Assembly: GCA_958009085.1 (NCBI GenBank)
Contig: OY253670.1
Coordinates: forward strand, 1,426,001 to 1,490,000
Source of the DNA: Protoeuglena noctilucae
Taxonomy: Eukaryota
Length of the DNA: 64,000 bases
Direction of reading: 5' to 3'
The notes beneath the pieces are model-generated. The model did not search any database. It was given only the letters and a program-made list of their open reading frames with translations, and was not told the DNA's origin. A program made the position numbers and the translations under genes. Shown piece by piece: positions 1 through 12,600 of this stretch (positions are counted from its first letter, which is position 1; each line of letters opens with the position of its first letter).

Positions 1-257
1 GGCTGACCTGCGGAGGGACACCGCGCACACAAGCACGTCAGCAAAATGTGGGCCGCCATTCATCGGTGACAATGGAGTCGCGTGCATGCCCGCTGCACAC
101 AGATTAGGCTGAGGGGCAGTCATGCGCGTGGATCGCCGGCGTGGATTACCCCATCGCGTCCGCGGCCACGCACCGTCACGGTGAAGGCGTCCTCACTCGT
201 CCCCGGCGCTTCCGGAGGAGCCGCTTCTCCAGCCAGCGAGCTCAGTGATTGACCCAT
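1..257 (-). CDS. 5' end of a gene running off the window; N-myristoylation-type start (MGQSLSSLAGEAAPPEAPGTSEDAFTVT|VS...)
   Basis: ATG at 257 opens an 84-nt exon (257-174) followed by a GTGCGT donor. A CCGCAG acceptor at 10-8 continues the frame. The start fits the MGxxxS motif. Family not determinable. Confidence 0.55.
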
Positions 258-668
258 TTCCCGGGTGCGTCTTTAAACTCACGCAGGCGCAGACAAATAT
301 GCTCTTGACACCGCGGCCCCTGGCCGAACTCTCAGGACTGCCGGCTTAGATGCTAGCGGTCTGCAGGCCACACGACCTAGGACTAAAGACACAGTACGGT
401 GGCCACCCACGACTGACGCCGCCCACGCAGCCACTGGCGCTTTCGTGCCAGGTTCCCCGCCGTGGAATCCCATTCGTTTTCCCGCGCACCTACGAGGTCG
501 TCCAAACGCGAGGCTCTGTGCGTTCACCGACTCCCAATCCGCCTCCCCTCTGTCCGTGCGGCTCGACCTTTAGAATACAGGGGTCCTCGCAGGGCGAACA
601 GCGCCTAACCCTAGCCGCTTCGCGCGACAGGGGTCGCTGTACTGGGGCTGATGGCGAGCTGGGGGAGG

Positions 669-1953
669 ATGGCCGCGGCGGGCTCTTCTGCCGCGGCAAG
701 GGCCTCCTCCGCGCCGCTGGGAGGGCGAGGGTGAGGGTCTGTGCATCGTTCGCGCGACCGTGGCCGCGCGAGTGGCTTTCTTCTGTGGCTGTGTCCGCGC
801 CCATGTGCCCGTTTCGAGCAACGCGCGGCCGGCACCTGCGCCTTCATCGACGCGGTGTTGCTCGACCGAGATAGCTCTCATCGCCGCCGCCGGCGGGCCC
901 ACGCCATGTCGCAGGCGCATCTCATGGGCGGGACGGTTCACCGCGCCGCTCCCGCGGAGGGCGGCGGCTGGTGCCGCTGACTTCTCCATGGATCGCGTGC
1001 AGCAGATGGAGGCTGAGCCGCCGAAGGTTTTTCCGCGCGCCCGGGTTGCGGACCCCTATAAGGTGACCGTCGTAACGCAACCGTCGCGTCCTAGGCTTGG
1101 GCCGGGCCCACGCTGCGGCTCGAGTCTCGTGCGCGCCATCTGCATCCGGCGGCTCCCCGTGCCTGGTGCAGCGGCTGGGTGTCGAGCGCGAGGCGGACTT
1201 CGAGGAGGTGGAGAGCGCGAGGACGTTTCTGCTGGAAGAGTACGGGGCGCACCGGGCGTCGCGGGAGGCCGTCGAGCTCGCGTACGACCGGATCCTGAAG
1301 GAGAAGTATGACATCCGGAAGAAGACCGGCTACCGCTCCGTGAACAAGAAGACGGGCCGGCGGGAGAGGGGGCGCAGCGAGTCGCTTTTGCAGAAGCTGC
1401 AGCGAAGCTTGGACCACGAAGTGACACGGTGGGTGGCGCCGCGCTTGGGGCCCCTGGGCGCGGCGTGCGCCTAGAGAGAGTCTTCCCCGCTGAGCAGTGA
1501 CTGCTTCTTGCGGCGCAGGAACAAGATCATCAACGAGGCGGTCGTGTACGGGCTCATGATTGTGGCAACCTTCGCGGACGATGTGGGAGGCCTCCTGGCC
1601 TTCACCGCCGTCTTCGTATCGATGCTGATGACCACCTTCAAGCTCTACAAGAAACGACTTGCCCAGAACCCTGATGGCCCGTATTTCATGGAGACCCCTG
1701 TGGTGAGGACCCTTGCTTCGTCGGCGAGCGCATGGCGTCTCGGCAGCAGCGCCTGAAGCGGCTGAGAACCGCGCCTGCGTCCATCTGCCTGCAGCCGGGG
1801 GCATTCCGGGACACGATGCTGGGTCTGCTGGCCGGCGCCGGGCTGGGGTCGGCCCTGGGCCAGATGGGCCTGATTAGCACGGCAGTGCAGGGGTCGTTCA
1901 CGATCGCCCTCGGTCTCTTGGCCAACTTCGTGTGGGTCACCTTCTTAAAGTAA
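669..1953 (+). CDS. CPP1: Chaperone-like protein of POR1 (CPP1/DUF3353 family), plastid membrane protein
   Basis: Exons 669-730, 915-1062, 1172-1428, 1519-1702 and 1795-1953 join in phase. There is an Ala/Ser/Arg-rich transit peptide, a J-like region (PKVFPR...DPYKRLGV...A.FEEVESARTFL...AYDRIL) and C-terminal TM helices ending VTFLK*. Confidence 0.85.
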
Positions 1954-2078
1954 ACGGTGCGTTGCCACTAGTCGACTTATCTCGCGGCCCATGCACTTAG
2001 CGTCGCGTTGAAACGCGCCCATGCTGCCGGCCAGCAATGCGCGCCTCATCATGGCGACGACGACGACGCGCCACCCCC

Positions 2079-3761
2079 CTACTCCAGGAACATGCGGAAG
2101 CGGCTTGCCAAGAGGGCAGTCCCAGGAAGGGGTCCGGGCCGCGGGCAGAGGAGCGTGGCCATCAGCTCCCCCTCGCGCTCGTGCAGAGCCGTGACGTACA
2201 CGAACCCTGCCACGTTCCTGCGGGGCAACGGCAGAACTCCCGACAATGTCCAGCTAATCCTGGGATTGAGCAGAGCAGCGAGTACACGAAAAGTTCGCCA
2301 CTCGCCTGAAGAGCAAGTCGCTCTCGTCCGCAGCGTAGGTGACGGCCAAGACGCGCTTGTCGAGGTCCTGGGGAGCGACGCGGGTCACCTTCATCGGGTC
2401 GCTCACGGGGCGAGCACCGATGGGGAGAGCCGTGGTGGGGAGGTTCGCCGTGGGGTTCGTGACCTGGAACACAGTGAGGCTGGCAGCCGGCACCACCTGC
2501 GGGGGGAGCAGAACAGATCGGCGGTGCCCTCGCAAACACAGCGCACGGGACGCGCACTGCGATGTCGCTCGCACCTGGGAGTGGGGCTGCAGGTCACCGC
2601 GGTGGCCATAGAAGTAATCGCGCAGCCGACCCTGGCGGGCTGCCCGGCGGTAGTCCTTGTCCCTCGTCACCACCCCGCCGCTCCTCGGGAGCGCCAGTAC
2701 CTCCACGTTGGACCCCCTGAGCAGCTGCGTCAGCTGGGCATACAGTCGGTCCTGCCCCACCACGCAGACGACATCCGCCTCGAAGGTGCGGACCGTGTGC
2801 AGGAGGAGCTCGAGACCGAGGCCCTCGACCCAGCCCATGGTGTTGATGATGTGGCCGGCAGCGTTGGCACGCGGGTCGAGCTCGGCACGCTTGGCCAAAA
2901 CAACAGCCAGCTGCTCCACCAGGTGCCGATACAGCTGTGGGTTGTCCGATGGGCTGATGTCGCCGTAGTAGAAGACTGCGCGACGGGGCCAGGGTGGGCG
3001 GACCGGACTGGGAGGCGGGGTCAAAAGAGCGTGCCAGGCGACAGGCGCATCTCTGGTCGCAACTCTGGTCCCCTGTGACCGTGAGTCCTCCTCCCTCGTC
3101 GCCTCTACCATCCCTCCACTCACCGAGAGGCGCTTCCAATGGAATGCCTTCCTCGATGTCGACAGGCGCCTCGAGGACCGCGGCGCTGACCGACCCTGGG
3201 ATGGTGATGGACCCCTGCCCCACGTCCACGTCCACCAGCGCCGGCTGCCACGCGCCCCTCGCAGCCCACGATCCCAACATGCGTGTGATGGTCGACTTGC
3301 CCGCGTCCATGGGGCCCGCCACCACCACGCAAGGACCCCGCGACTGCGCCTCAAAGGCACGCTGCCGGCGCGCATCCAGCGCCGCGTGGAGTTGGAGGTA
3401 CATGGGCATCGGAGTGTCGTCACTGACATACGCCATGGTCCCAGGCCCGCCGCTCGCGGGGGCTGGCTCCGCCGCCACCTCCACGTGCCCGCCTTCCCAC
3501 GAGTAGATGGCCACGTTGGTGCCGCGAAGCTGGACGCGCTCACCCAGACGCAACTGCAGAGAGATGCCAACATCTGAATCCATTCACCGCGGGTCCGCAC
3601 GCGCGCGATAAGCGCCGGAACCACGGGCCCGCTCTCGCCTCGGTCCCAAAGACCTCCGCCGTCCCCTCCTTCAACATGATTTCCGCCTCAGAGCCCGAGA
3701 GTACCTCCACGCGAAGCTCGCTCCGGGGCCGGATCTCGTAGCTGGTCACCGTCCGCGCCAT
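2079..3761 (-). CDS. CLP1: Clp1 polyribonucleotide 5'-hydroxyl kinase / mRNA cleavage factor II subunit
   Basis: Motifs are SELRVEV, GTAEVFGTE, P-loop GPMDAGKST, DVDVGQG, IINTMGWV, RSGGVV, DYFYG and NVAGFVYV. There are 4 introns, two with GC donors (3638, 2305). Stop is TAG at 2081-2079. Confidence 0.93.
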
Positions 3762-4163
3762 CGCAGCCCCGTCCCACGGCCCCCGCGGTGCAGCCTCGTT
3801 CCGCAGCCAGGCGCGGCACGCTGGGGGAGACCTGAGACCTGCTCGGGCGTTCACGTCGACTGACAGCGATGCCGTGATGGGCGGCAGCCAGGGCGTGGCC
3901 AGGCCAAATGCACAGCCGCCCCTGCGTCGGGGCGTCGGACATGGGTTAAACCAGGGTTTGCCACGGCAGCTGAAGCAGCACTGGCGCGAGCAACTCCCGC
4001 GCACTCTGCTATGAATGCCATCGCTGAGCTACAGCTGCAGTCCGCGTCCATCTCCGATTCTTGTCTGCAACGAGCGCGTGCGCATCCACTGTGGCGAGAG
4101 CACGGCTACAGTCCACCCGCCGCTGTCTCGCCGTCCCCAAGCAGTGACGTTCACAGCGCGGAG

Positions 4164-5190
4164 ATGGCCAGGACGCTGGGGCTCCTCGCCCTGCTAGGAG
4201 CAGCGGTTTGCGTCGCCTCGGGGGAGCGCGGGCCTCTCTTTGCATGGAGTTCAGTCCCGAGCGACATTAGCGAGGGATTGCGGCTGTCCTCGCGCGCGGT
4301 GAGAGCCTCCCTGGCGCGCATCGGGACGACTGGTTCGCTCCCCGCGCCGTCCAGCTGCGTTTGCCGCCTAATGCCCACGCATCTCAGCTCTACTGCTTAT
4401 TCGGAAGCGGCTGCTGTGCTGCTTTTGGCCCATCACCCAGCGCGGGCACGGAAAACCGCCCCGTTCCTCTGAGTGTCCTTCCCCCCGCTTTCGCTCAGGG
4501 CGCGACACGGGATGCGGTGACGGAGGCCATAGATGCGCTCGTAGGGGACGCGGAGGCCGTCGTGGTCTTCCTTGGCCACGCGGCTTCCGCGCGGGACCTG
4601 AGGGGCTCGGCCGTGGAGGTGCGTTGTCGAGCGGTCCCCGCGCGGTGGCTCGCAGGCCTGGCCAAGCGTGATCGCACGGAGCTGAGACCTCCCGTTCGCG
4701 CGCGCAGGAAGCGATGGAGGGATCCAGCGCGAGCGCCGCGTTCGCTGCCCTGGACGCTCCCAGGGATGTCGCGCTGGCCCTCGTGGAGCGCCTGCCGGCC
4801 GTCGTGGACGCCAGCTGCGGGGTCTTCGGGGGCCCGCGCAGGGGGGCGTCGGTCGACCTCGCTGGCCCCGCGGTGCTCGTGGCCTGCGGGCGAGGCCCCC
4901 TGGCAGAGGAGGACGCGCAGCTGCGGGCCCTCCTGGACGCCGTCGCTGCCGAGACACCTGGCGGCTTCGTGACCGTGTATGTGGGAGGCGGCGAGCAGCC
5001 ACGCGTGGCCGAGCGCCGCAGGCTGGTGGTCTACACGTCGGACTGTGGGGCCAAGTGCCGGGCACAGGTGGCGGCCGTGGAGGCCTTCGTGGTGCTCGTC
5101 GTTCTTGCCGTCTTCATGCTGCCGGCCTTTGGCCTGCTGGGCCGGCTTCAGAGCCCGACCAAGCTTGAGAAGGCCGAGGAGCAGGATTGA
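4164..5190 (+). CDS. Type I membrane protein resembling V-ATPase accessory subunit Ac45/Voa1 (ATP6AP1-like)
   Basis: Signal peptide MARTLGLLALLGAAVCVASG is followed by PLFAWS. The C-terminus is CGAKC-[TM]-LQSPTKLE, matching the TM + (T/S)PT(R/K)(F/L)(E/D) tail pattern of this family. Two GT-AG introns. Confidence 0.6.
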
Positions 5191-5329
5191 GGGAGTGGCA
5201 GGCGACGCTTCGGTTGAAAATGCGTGGCAGGCACGGATCCTAAAGGCAGGATGGGATGGTTGCAACTTAGTCTGCAAGACGACAAAGCCTAGATCATCGT
5301 GGCATTTTTTTCCCTACCGTGCACCGGCA

Positions 5330-6065
5330 TCACCGCCCCGAGGCCTGAGCTGCCACCCGCACGCGGCGGCGCAGGACGACGTCCTCCGGCCAGTCGGCCT
5401 CTCGAAGGCCGCTGTAGTCCATGGCTCTCACCACGGGAAGGGCGATGCCTTTCCGGCGCGCCAAGGTCGCCTGCAGGGGCGACGGGGTGACGGTGTGCTT
5501 TTGTCGCTGCGCTCGTGACGCCATCTCGCATCTCGACACATTTCTTGTACCCTCTTGTATCAATCGCGTCCAAGTGGGGATGAAGAGGGTGCTATGCGAC
5601 TTGCGCCGCCGCGGTCCAGGGATGGATACACTTCGGGCTCTGTGCGCGCCTGAACAGCGTCCGAAACCGTGTTTGCGTCACCGCTACAATCTCTTACCTC
5701 GACATGACTGAAGGCGTGAAAGGCGGCGTGCGATAAGGCTGCCATGCTCGTCAAGCCCCCGCCTGCGTAACAGGGCATCACAGCAGGCTCGGAACCAGAT
5801 GCAAGCGTCTGAGCGTATGTGAGCCACCACGTCTGCTGTTTCCGACACCAACGCTCCTACACCTGCCCTGCGGTAGGCCAACGACTCACAGAAGAACGGC
5901 AAATCTCGGGTGGCGTCCATGGTCACGTCGAGGGCTTTGGAGACCAGTGAGGGGCTCGGGGGTGTCGGAAGGCTGAAATCATGCCCCGCTCGATTTCATT
6001 CGACGGCAGAAGATGCCTTGCCGCGAAAATCGCGTTGTCAGAACCTACGTCCTGGCTCCTTTCAT
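5330..6065 (-). CDS. Small hypothetical protein (~101 aa, 4 exons)
   Basis: Exons 6065-6049, 5972-5890, 5762-5698 and 5470-5330 total 306 nt in frame. Donors are GTAGGT, GTGAGT and GTAAGA, and all acceptors are CAG. The start could extend upstream in frame. Confidence 0.55.
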
Positions 6066-6416
6066 CGAGGCCGGAAATCCAATGGCAATTTGTCGATTTC
6101 GGGAGCTGGAGGATACGATCGCCGAGTCCCAGACGAGCACGCCCGGGGTCGCGCGACACCTCGGTGAGATTTGCGTGGCATGCAGGGCCCACGGTCCGCG
6201 CGGCATTCGATTCGTGACGTACGTGCCGGACAGTGCTAGGTCACCGTCCCGCGCAATCCCTGGATATCTGCTCAACCTTCTATTGCTCACGCACACATCG
6301 CGCTCCTCGCAGCGTCACTGTAGCGGTCGTCGCTGAGAACCGCGCGGCATTTGGCGTCCATCGATACCACCGATCGCTGTTGTCCATCCGGACGGCTTCG
6401 CCATTTCTCGCTGGAG

Positions 6417-9251
6417 ATGCAGCGCTCGACGCGCCTGCTCGGCCGGCTCCGTGGCGACGCGAAGGTGGGTGCGGGCCCGTCGTCAAGGGAACATAAGGGG
6501 TGACAGATCTGCTGGTCCAGAGCATCGGCAAGGCTGGCGCTGTGCCCGACCTGGGTCCGTTGGTGAGCCCGCGCTCCTCCACCGTCGCGCAGTGGCTCGG
6601 CGCGCCGACCCGCTTCGAGGCTGCGGTCTTCGCCACGAATGGCACACACGAGCCTCTCGCCGGGGCGCTGCCTAACGCGTCGGCGGCGAGCCCTACCTTC
6701 CCCGTGTTGCTGGCCCGTGCGCACAGCACAACTCCCCGGGCAGGTGTGAGGGGACGCGTCGGCGTGGCAAAGAGTGAATCTCGACATCTGCTAGCGCGCT
6801 GCTGGTCCTGGGCCCTGCATGTCATGTTTCGAACCCCATACGCACCGGCCTGTACGACTCGACGTGGCCCCGCATCCCTCGCAGGCCCTGCCGCGTCCGA
6901 CTATCAGATCGTGTGTCCCCAGTGCAGCGCTGAGGTGGCGCCTCTCCCGCGCCCCGTCCCCGGGGACGCAGCCCGGGCCCGCCTGGGACTCTTCTGGTGC
7001 CCCCAGTGCCAGGCAGGCGTGCGCCGCGAAGCACTGCGGTGGGTGCCACGGGGCGAGGCCACCGCGTGGGCGTCGGAGCCGGGCAGGGAGACGCTGCACC
7101 CGCACGCGCCCCCGTGGCCGGCGCGGGAGGGCTGGGCAGGCCAGAGGGGGGTTGCGGCGGAGGCTACGAGGTCCGTTGGGGAGGGACCCTGGGGCGGACC
7201 CAGCTCGGGTGAGCGTGGCTAGTGCTGTCGCGAAGGGCGTGGGGTGGCTGCCGGGGAGACGCGCGGCATGCGCCCGCGGGCACGGATCCAGGCCACTGCG
7301 CACCCCCCCAGGCTCAGAGAGCGCTTCCCTGAAGGAGGAGCCGCAGCACCCGCACAACCCCGTTCCTGGCCCGCCCGAGGCGAACGTCAGCCACGGCGGC
7401 TACGGCCACACGGCGCGGCGCGTGTCCCATGACGCTGTCGCCAGCATCCTCTCTGGGGACATCCCCGACCCCCAGATGATGAAGGCTTACCTGGACAAGT
7501 ACGTCATCGGGCAGGAGCAGGCCAAGATCACGCTCTCGGGTGCGAGGTCGCGGGCGAGGCGGGCTGGCCTCACGCGCGATGCGTGCGCCCCCTCGGCAGC
7601 CCCGGTCCCGCTTCCCTCGCAGTGGCCGTGTACAACCACTACCGCCGCATCCAGATCTCGGCCCAGCACCGGCGGAACGAGATGCAGAGGGCCGCGCGGG
7701 CGCAGCAGTCGGCGGTGCTGCGCGCGTCGGGCTTCCACCACCCCGGCGTGCCTGCGCCCGGACTGGGGACCCCGTTCAGCGGGGGCGTGTCCCCCTCCCT
7801 GTCCCCCGGCCAGGGCCTCGTCGACATGCCCGGCATCGTCAAGTTCCCGGACGGCACCCCGTGGGGCGCGGCGCCGGGGGCGGGGCGGGAGCGGGGCCGC
7901 GCCGGGTCGCCGTGGGAGGAGCGCGAGCACGAGGCGGACGACGTCGCCGTGCACAAGTCGAACGTGATGCTGCTGGGGCCCACCGCGTCGGGCAAGACGC
8001 TCATGCTCGAGACGCTGGCGCGGTATGTGGGCGTGCCCTTTGCGCAGGCCGACGCCACGTCCATGACCCAGGTGGGCCTGCGCCGGGCAGGGGCATGCGG
8101 GCAGGGGCGCCGAGGTGCCCGCGTCTCATCCCCGCCTCTCCTTCCCGGCCCTGCAGGCGGGCTACGTCGGCGACGATGCCGAGATCGTGCTGCAGAAGCT
8201 CCTGGCCAAGGCGGACAACGACCCGCAGCTGGCGCAGATGGGCATCGCCTACATCGACGAGATCGACAAGATTGCGAAGAAGTGGGGATCGAGCACGTCG
8301 TCGGCGCGGGACGTGGGCGGGGAGGGCGTGCAGCAGGCCCTGCTCAAGGCGAGGGGCAAGGGTGGGCGGTGGAAACGCACACACAGGTGCTGGCGTCAGG
8401 ACGGATGACACGCTCCCCCCCTTCGCGCCCGCAGATCGTCGAGGGGTCCGAGGTCAACATCCCCATGAGCCGGCAGCAGGGCATGGGCCGCTCGGTCACC
8501 GTCTCCATCGACACGTCCCAGATCCTCTTCATCGCGGGCGGCGCCTTCGTCGGCCTCGACAACATCGTCAAGGCGCGGTCCGCCCGGAGCACCTTTGGAT
8601 TCAACGCCAAGGCCCCCCGTGCCGCGGGCCCCGAGGCCCCCGACCAGGACTGGCTGCGGGAGGTTGAGCACCGGGACCTGGTGTCGTTCGGGATGATTCC
8701 CGAGTTCACGGGGCGCTTCCCCGTGCTGAGCGTGCTGGGGGCCCTGTCCGAGGACGACCTGGTCCGCGTGCTGACGGAGCCCCGGGACGCCCTCTGCAAG
8801 CAGTACCAGGCGAGGGGTGCCGGGGGCCAGGCCGCGCCCCACGCCCCACCGCTGCTCGCCCCCCACTGGCTGGGATCGACAGCCCTCAGAGCCCCCCTGC
8901 CCGCAGCGTCTGTTCCAGATGGAGGGCGTGCCGCTCCACTTTGAGCCCGACGCCCTCCGCGCCATCGCCCGGGAGGCCATCAAGAAGGGGACGGGGGCGC
9001 GGTCGCTGCGGTCCATCGTGGACAAGCTGCTGACGCCCGCCATGTTCGAGGTGCCGTCGCTGGTGCGGTCGGGGAAGCCGGTGGCGGGGGTGCTGGTGAC
9101 GCGGGACGCGGTGCGGCGGGAGCGGCGCGCGCGGGTGGTGGAGGGGCCGGAGGAGTGGGAGGCGCTGGTGCCGGGGGCGGGGCGCGAGGACAGCAAGGGG
9201 GGGGCGATGGAGGGGGGGGAGGAGGAGGGGAGGGAGAGGGCGACAGTGTGA
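6417..9251 (+). CDS. CLPX: ATP-dependent Clp protease ATP-binding subunit ClpX, probably mitochondrial
   Basis: The N-terminus is presequence-like ([13 protein letters not shown]...ARAHST), followed by a CPQC...CPQC Zn motif. AAA+ motifs are [12 protein letters not shown], Walker [48 protein letters not shown] and TGARSLRSI. There are 7 introns, with GC donors at 8349 and 8810. Confidence 0.93.
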
Positions 9252-9699
9252 GGGCGGAGGAAGACGGGGACGAGGGCGACGCCGGGGACGAGGGGTGGGG
9301 GGAGGTGGACGAGTGGGTGCCAGGCACCTGAGGGCATACCTACCAACTCCCTGTATTTGCGTCGTCTGGCCCTCATTCCTTTGCATCCCGCCTCTCACAC
9401 CACGCATGCCACTTCCCGCCGCGCCCGTTGCACCTCTTATGCACTCAAGCCATGCGCTCTCCAGTCCTTGGCTCCGGCTGGATGACTGACCGCCGCGTTT
9501 GCGCTTTGTGCCCTCCCTCCCCTGGTGTAGGAACGTCTGGCATTGGCCTTCAATCCACGGATCGAACAAACGAGCTCCTATACAGTGGGCTGCACCTAGA
9601 ATCGTGCCTTGATGTCACATGCAAGTTTAAGGCCGTGCGGCGCCAGGGCAGGGGCATGTGCACACCGATTCCTTGACCTGCACTTCTAACTAGTCGCCC

Positions 9700-12600
9700 T
9701 CAGTCTTGGCTGATCGCCCTCTCCACGACGAACCCTGCCGATGCCATGGCGTCCGCCAGGGCACGCCCATCCCCGTCAGCCACGGCTGCCCGCACTTCCA
9801 CGACACTGGCGACGGGGAACGCGCCTGCAACTCGGGCGGCGCTGGCGGGGGCCCGCAGCGTCAGCTGCACACGCCCCGGGACGGTCGCAACCTCGCTCCC
9901 CGTGATCGCGACGCCGGGGCCCAGAGGAACCAGCAGGCTCGCCCATGCCACGCCGGTCGCGCCCTCGGTGCTCTCATCGTTTGCATCCTCGCTACCGGCG
10001 GCAGCGACCGGCCCGACCAGGGCCAGCGCGCATGCGCCGCCCTCGCCCACGACGACACAGGCGACGCCCGGTCCTGTCCGGAGCACAGGCTCCCATCGAG
10101 ACCATGCAGGGAGCTCCAGGGTCCCCGATGACACGCCGCCACCCTCCCCCTCGACAGGCCGGCTGTCCGTCGCTTGGCCAAAGCGCAGGGCACCAACCAG
10201 GGCCACCGCGCACGCCCTGAGCAGGGCCTCGCCCAGCGCCGCAGATGCAGCGGCCACCGCAGCGTTGACGACCCACTGGGGCAACAAAGGCGACCCCAGG
10301 GCCGCCGAAGCCGCGGCACTGCGCCTGGGTGAGGGCGGCCCAGCCTCGGCAGTCCGCAGGGAGGGGGGCGTGCCGTTGGATGCGGCCCAGGCGTCGACAG
10401 CCGCGGAGGCGGGCACCCACCGCCCCATGGCAGCCCGCCTCGCGTCGTCGTCGTCCCCCCCTCCCACCGGCCTGGCCCAGTCCACCCCGTCCCCCCCCGC
10501 CACGTCGCGCACGGAGGCCCCGAGTGCCTGGGACACGGAGCCCATCAAAGAGAGGGTGCCGGAGATGGGGGTCGCGAGGGCGCTGGCGAGGGAGAAGAAG
10601 GACGGAGCCGCGGGTGCAGAGGGCGGTGCAGCGGCGGGGATGGGTGCGAGCCCGGGAGACGGGCGGGGCGGGGCTTGGCCGGGGGCGGCGGCGAGCGCGT
10701 CGGCGGAAGCAGCGGCGCGGTGGATGACGCGGCCGACGGCGGAGGAGAATCCCCCGAAGGAGGTGAAGGTGGAGGCGGTGACGTGGGAGACGAGGGAGAG
10801 GGAGCCTTGGCCGAGGCCGGAGACGAACCCCATCATGCTGCCGCCGACGAGGCCGCGCATGGGGAGCGCCACCATGTCTGACACGCCGCGCGTGAGGCCG
10901 GCGACGAGGCCGGCGGGGTTGAGGATGAGGTCCGCGGAGCCGAGGACGCGGGGGGCCTGGAGCACGGCCTGGGACGTGTAGTGCGCGACGAGGGCGCGGA
11001 GGAGGGCCTCCTGCGAGGGCGGGGGGCGATGACGTGGGCCGAGGGGCAGGGAAGCAAGCAGGGCGCGCGAGGGGCAGCCGTCTCCGCACCTGGGGTGCCG
11101 CGACGCGGCCAAGGCGCACGGGGCCAAAGGACAGGGGGGCGTCAGCCACGTCCACGGGGAAGCGGGGCCCTAGGGGGAGCCTGGACAGGTGCACAGACAC
11201 AAGGGCGCTGATCGGGGCCACGTCGAGGCTCTCAATCGTCAGCGGGGCCTTGAAGGCCTCGCCCAGAGCGGCCCACGCCTCCCTCACCCACTCCGCCGCC
11301 ACCTCCGCTTGCGGGGGCAGCCGCGGGGCTAAGACAGGGCTTTTCGCGGCCGGAGCAGCGGCGCTGTTCTGCCTGAAAGCGGCGAGGCAGCGCATGGCCA
11401 GCGCCAGCGCCGAGTCGTCGGCGTGGATTGTCAGGGGCGGCACCTGCAGTGACGCCCGCGACACCACCAGTCCAGCAGCCGCACGATCCCCTGGCCTCTG
11501 CGGGACCCGGACGGTGGCCGCCAGGGAATGCGGGGGCGAGGAACTCCCTTCCCCACTCGTGGCGAGGGGGGCCGCCCCGCTCCGCCCCGCGCCGGGGCCG
11601 GCCCGCCGCGTGTGAAGCAGCACGTGAGCGCCCGCGTCAGGCGCGTACGAGTCGAGCTGCAACCGCCAGGCGCGCGCCGCCAGGGCCACCACCCGCGCCT
11701 CCCCCGAGGCCTCGTGCCACTGCGCCAGCCCCAGCCGCACCGCCCCCACTGAGAGACACGCGGCCTCCCGCGGATCTGCGCCGGGGAGCGACGCCCCCCG
11801 CCCCTCCGCCGGGCCCAGCAGCACCACGGCGCGGATGCCGAGCGGCGCGTCCACCACCAGGCTGGCCGGCACGTGCTGCGCGCCCCGGACCTCCGCCTCC
11901 CGCCGGGCGTCCTCCGCGACCGCCCGCCAGGCCTTGCCCCACGCCGACCGCGACCTCTCCTCCGCAGTGCGGGACGCCCCGCGGCTCTGTGATCCCCGGG
12001 CCCCCACGGCCGGCTCCAGCACCACGCACAGGGTGGGCCCGCGCCTCCACACGTGCGCCGCCGCGCTGCCCATCGCGTACGTCCCCGGCACGCACGAGAA
12101 GCCAGCGGCGGCCTCCCAGTCGACCGCCGCGTCGAGGGCCGCGAGCTGTGCCGTCTCCCTCCACTTGGCGGGGGGCGCGGGGTAAGGGGCGCCGGGGAGG
12201 GGGTGGAAGCGGACCAGGGCCGCGGCGGGCGTGGAGGCGGCTGGGACGCCCCGCGGGGCCGACAGCGCCCCGAGGATGGCCTCGTGGCCGCCCGCGTGCC
12301 AGAGCCCCGTCTGCGGGGACACGCCCGGCGGGACGGCCGCGCACTGAGCCCAGTCCACGCGCCCCGCTGACGCGCGCTGCCCCGTCCCTGCCACCCCGAG
12401 CAAGCCTGCCGCAGCGGCGCCCTCCGCGCGCCCCTGCCCTGGCTGCCCGGCCAGCGCGGCAAGCTCGGCGAGCGAGCAGAAGTCGAGGGGCGTGGCGGAG
12501 GACGCAGCCACGACGGCGATGCACTGGGGGGGGCCGAAGGTGAAGGCACCCGGGGCGGGGGAGCCCCTGAGGCCCTGCGCCTGCCCTCCCTGGGGCAGGC

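Noticed and set aside
606..614. Telo-box-like motifs (TAACCCTAG at 606, TAGGGTTA at 31592, AAACCCTA near 52751)
   Set aside because: They are isolated and mostly imperfect copies that could be chance matches, and there is no telomeric array.
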